Shown here piece by piece: positions 61,579 through 64,000 of a DNA stretch of 64,000 nt. Source of the DNA: a bacterium (GTDB lineage: Bacteria; Bacteroidota; Bacteroidia; Sphingobacteriales; Sphingobacteriaceae); the NCBI GenBank assembly GCA_031363945.1, contig JANLVJ010000084.1, forward strand, positions 14,225 through 78,224, read 5' to 3'. The notes under the pieces are model-generated. The model was not told the origin of the DNA. It saw only the letters and a program-made list of their open reading frames with translations, and made no database searches. The position numbers and the translations under genes were made by a program. Positions within the stretch are counted from its first letter, which is position 1. Each line of letters begins with the position of its first letter.

Positions 61579-63924
61579 ATGTCTGGTCTGCTATCAAAAG
61601 TATTTTCAATTTTCTTGGTATTAGTTTTTATGTCTGGGGCAACCTTTGCTCAGAAACATAGAAAAAAGAGTGTGGAAACCCAGCTGTTAACGACCAATAA
61701 TCAACCGATCGATCAATTGCTTGAACGGGTTGAAGATGTTCATATTACCCTTAACCGCATCAATAATTTATCTGGAAGCGGTATGAATACCAGCCAGATC
61801 GAAAAAGACCTGCCCAGGGTCGAAGAGGGTCTGATGCTGATTAAAAAAGACCTTGGGAATTCATCATCAACTATTGATGTCAATGATCTGCAACTTTATG
61901 ATGTTATGCTTGATGCCATCCAGGAAAGTCTAGGGAACTGGAAGCAGCAGCTGGTAATCTATGAGAAAGAGCTTGTCAAAATGAATGAGGACATGCGGAT
62001 TTTTACCAGCAGTAATGATACCGCTTTTAAAAAACTCGCAATAGACACCAATTACAGGAAGCTTTTTTCGACTGAGATGAGTGGTCTGAAAGAGAAATGG
62101 GTAAAGGCAGATTCAAATACCAAGGCAAATTTTAAACGTATTAATGTTTTACAGGCAAGGGTATCTTCAAACTATTTTCAGTCAATTGAGCTGGCTGATA
62201 AGATTGGCCTGACTATGAAGAACTACTGGGCAAGAACTCTTGGTAAAGAATATCCGTTTCTATGGCAAATACGTGAAGTGCATGCTACAGGTGCAACCGA
62301 AACAGAGGCGGTAGAAAATCAACAGAATGTATTTTTCCACTTCTACCTGCATCAGTCAGGATCAAAATGGATCATACTATTACTAATCGCTTTGGCTTTC
62401 TTTTCCTTCGTTTCTTACGAGTTCTATAAGATCAGTAATCAGGTACATGACACAACTTATGTAACGCATGATTTTAAATACGTTAATAGGGTTCCAATAC
62501 TGGCAACTCTTATCTTAGTACTGATAGCTGGCCCCTTTCTTGATCTGACGACCCCATCACTCTACCTCGAAATCATGCAACTGGGTCTGCTGGTATTGCT
62601 TGGCTTGCTTTATATTAAAACATGGCAAAGAAAGCTCTGGATATACTGGGCCCTGTCAGCAAGTTTTTTTATTGCCTTTACCTTAATCGATGGCATTTCT
62701 GACTATAGCAGACTACAACGTGTACTTTTACTCGTATTAAATATTGCTGTAATCTTATTTGCGATCAGGTTCAGAAAAAAAATACGTGATTTACCTGAAT
62801 TTCACTGGTTCGTAAAATTCATTCTGGGCATTTTTATATTGATGAATATAGCAGCAGTCATCTTTAATCTTTTCGGGAGGATGACACAGGCTGATGAATT
62901 TAGTCTGGCGGCTATTTACGCTTTGATAGAGATTTTTGCCCTTAATACCATGGTGCTGATTTTTAAGGAATTCATCGATCTGCAAATGATCAGATACCAG
63001 CGTGCAGTAAACGGTAAGCTTTCTTTAAAAGATTCACAGATTAAATCATTGCTAAACAATGCATTTGTTATCGTTATGGCACTAGCAATTTTTACCAGTT
63101 TACTTGACAATCTGAATATCCTTGATAACGCAAAAACTCAGATTACAGAAATCATGAATAGCCCGATTAAACTGGGTTCACTTATTTTTACGCTTGGCAA
63201 TCTTTTACTCTTCATTTTTATAATCTATATTTCAAATCTGATTCAAAAGTTTCTTGGATTCTTTCTGGGTGATCCGGATGAAGATAATCAGGACTTTAAT
63301 AAAAAAGGCTCACGCCTGGCAGTTCTTAGACTGATACTTTTATTCCTGGGTTTTTTACTTGCAGTAGGTGCATCAGGACTACCACTTGATAAAATAACAA
63401 TTCTTTTAGGCGCGCTTAGTGTGGGTATTGGACTGGGACTTCAAAATATTGTACACAACCTTGTATCAGGCATTATATTAATCTTCGAAAGGCCCTTTAA
63501 AATTGGTGATCTAGTCGAAATAGGAACACGTAAGGGAAGGGTAAAAGATATTGGAATACGCTCAAGCAAACTGATCACAACTGAAGGTTCAGAGGTTATT
63601 GTACCTAATGGAGACCTTTTATCAGAACGGGTCGTGAACTGGACTTTCAATAACAGCAATGTCAGAACTGAAATGCAGGTAAAAATTGCTGCTGGTTCTG
63701 ATATTGAACTGGCAAAAAAGCTAATTACAGAACAGTTAAATGCTGATGAAACGATTCTCAAGCGTGTTGCCCCAGAAGTTTTCCTGAATACTATTACTGA
63801 GACTGGTATAGAATTAAAAGTACTCGTCTGGATCAATAATCTACACCAGGAACAAACCTTCAAAAGTGATATGCTGATTAAGATCTATGAAGTATTATCA
63901 AAGAATGAAATAAAGATGATCTGA
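61579..63924 (+). CDS. Mechanosensitive ion channel (MscS/MscK-like with a large N-terminal periplasmic domain)
   Basis: 781 aa. Signal peptide, coiled-coil-like region, multiple TM segments. MscS core GIGLGLQNIVHNLVSGIILIFERPFKIGDLVEI. Confidence 0.85.
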   Translation: MSGLLSKVFSIFLVLVFMSGATFAQKHRKKSVETQLLTTNNQPIDQLLERVEDVHITLNRINNLSGSGMNTSQIEKDLPRVEEGLMLIKKDLGNSSSTIDVNDLQLYDVMLDAIQESLGNWKQQLVIYEKELVKMNEDMRIFTSSNDTAFKKLAIDTNYRKLFSTEMSGLKEKWVKADSNTKANFKRINVLQARVSSNYFQSIELADKIGLTMKNYWARTLGKEYPFLWQIREVHATGATETEAVENQQNVFFHFYLHQSGSKWIILLLIALAFFSFVSYEFYKISNQVHDTTYVTHDFKYVNRVPILATLILVLIAGPFLDLTTPSLYLEIMQLGLLVLLGLLYIKTWQRKLWIYWALSASFFIAFTLIDGISDYSRLQRVLLLVLNIAVILFAIRFRKKIRDLPEFHWFVKFILGIFILMNIAAVIFNLFGRMTQADEFSLAAIYALIEIFALNTMVLIFKEFIDLQMIRYQRAVNGKLSLKDSQIKSLLNNAFVIVMALAIFTSLLDNLNILDNAKTQITEIMNSPIKLGSLIFTLGNLLLFIFIIYISNLIQKFLGFFLGDPDEDNQDFNKKGSRLAVLRLILLFLGFLLAVGASGLPLDKITILLGALSVGIGLGLQNIVHNLVSGIILIFERPFKIGDLVEIGTRKGRVKDIGIRSSKLITTEGSEVIVPNGDLLSERVVNWTFNNSNVRTEMQVKIAAGSDIELAKKLITEQLNADETILKRVAPEVFLNTITETGIELKVLVWINNLHQEQTFKSDMLIKIYEVLSKNEIKMI

Positions 63925-63929
63925 TATTT

Positions 63930-64000
63930 CTAGGGTAATACAGGCTTATCATTTCTTGACCATTCACCCCACGAGCCTACATAGAGTTTGGGCACAGGTA
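63930..64000 (-). CDS. Rhodanese-type sulfurtransferase, C-terminal 23 codons only (gene runs off the window)
   Basis: The minus strand reads ...PVPKLYVGSWGEWSRNDKPVLP*, matching the YDGSW.EW...P tail of SseA-like sulfurtransferases. Confidence 0.45.
   Translation of the reverse strand, partial: PVPKLYVGSWGEWSRNDKPVLP

Overview
AT-rich chromosomal window whose gene content points to Bacteroidota: DUF3810, a TIGR03118 lipoprotein, a CTn-type coupling protein with a DUF3945-like partner, a sigma-54-controlled kdp locus, and no Shine-Dalgarno-like spacing. This taxonomic call is inference from gene content only. No rRNA, tRNA or CRISPR array was seen in the intergenic regions I read by eye, and no transposase or integrase ORF is in the track. 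Intact housekeeping blocks: (i) ATP-dependent DNA ligase plus ligase-associated MBL exonuclease (1.4-4.1 kb). (ii) An MBOAT O-acyltransferase with an SGNH-like partner (4.3-6.5 kb). (iii) kdpFABC, flanked upstream by a sigma-54 NtrC-type response regulator and downstream by a split KdpD (N-terminal sensor/USP protein plus a separate HAMP-PAS histidine kinase) (23.9-32.8 kb). (iv) A co-directional, tightly spaced run on the minus strand, sufBCDSE-sufT followed by an FNR, a 2Fe-2S ferredoxin and a DnaQ-exonuclease/GIY-YIG fusion (33.3-42.4 kb). (v) rpsO. (vi) metY-metX behind a clear SAM-I riboswitch (52.8-55.5 kb). (vii) A cell-wall cluster headed by an unusual 890-aa tandem Ddl-Ddl fusion, followed by PASTA, MltG, thioesterase, YihY and an MscS-type channel (55.6-63.9 kb). 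The accessory or decaying parts are more unusual. At 7.9-13.4 kb and 16.6-18.1 kb there are many gene relics: a GH2 fragment, a GNAT pseudogene, and a gamma-glutamyltranspeptidase fragment fused head-to-head with a 5'-truncated, multiply disrupted bacteriophytochrome kinase. A frameshifted heme oxygenase and a GH127-like fragment are also present. An ECF sigma factor at 44.8-45.4 kb carries two in-frame nonsense codons. At 46.8-50.7 kb sits an orphan conjugative-element remnant (T4CP, ParA-like ATPase, protein with topoisomerase-C-terminal-type repeats) with no relaxase, integrase or tra genes. I did not find a convincing, cleanly delimited novel multi-gene system such as a defence island. The best candidates for follow-up are the Ddl-Ddl fusion, the SUF-FNR-ferredoxin extension, the kdp regulatory architecture with an extra micro-ORF, and the CTn remnant. 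All family assignments come from motif recognition by eye, and no searches were run.
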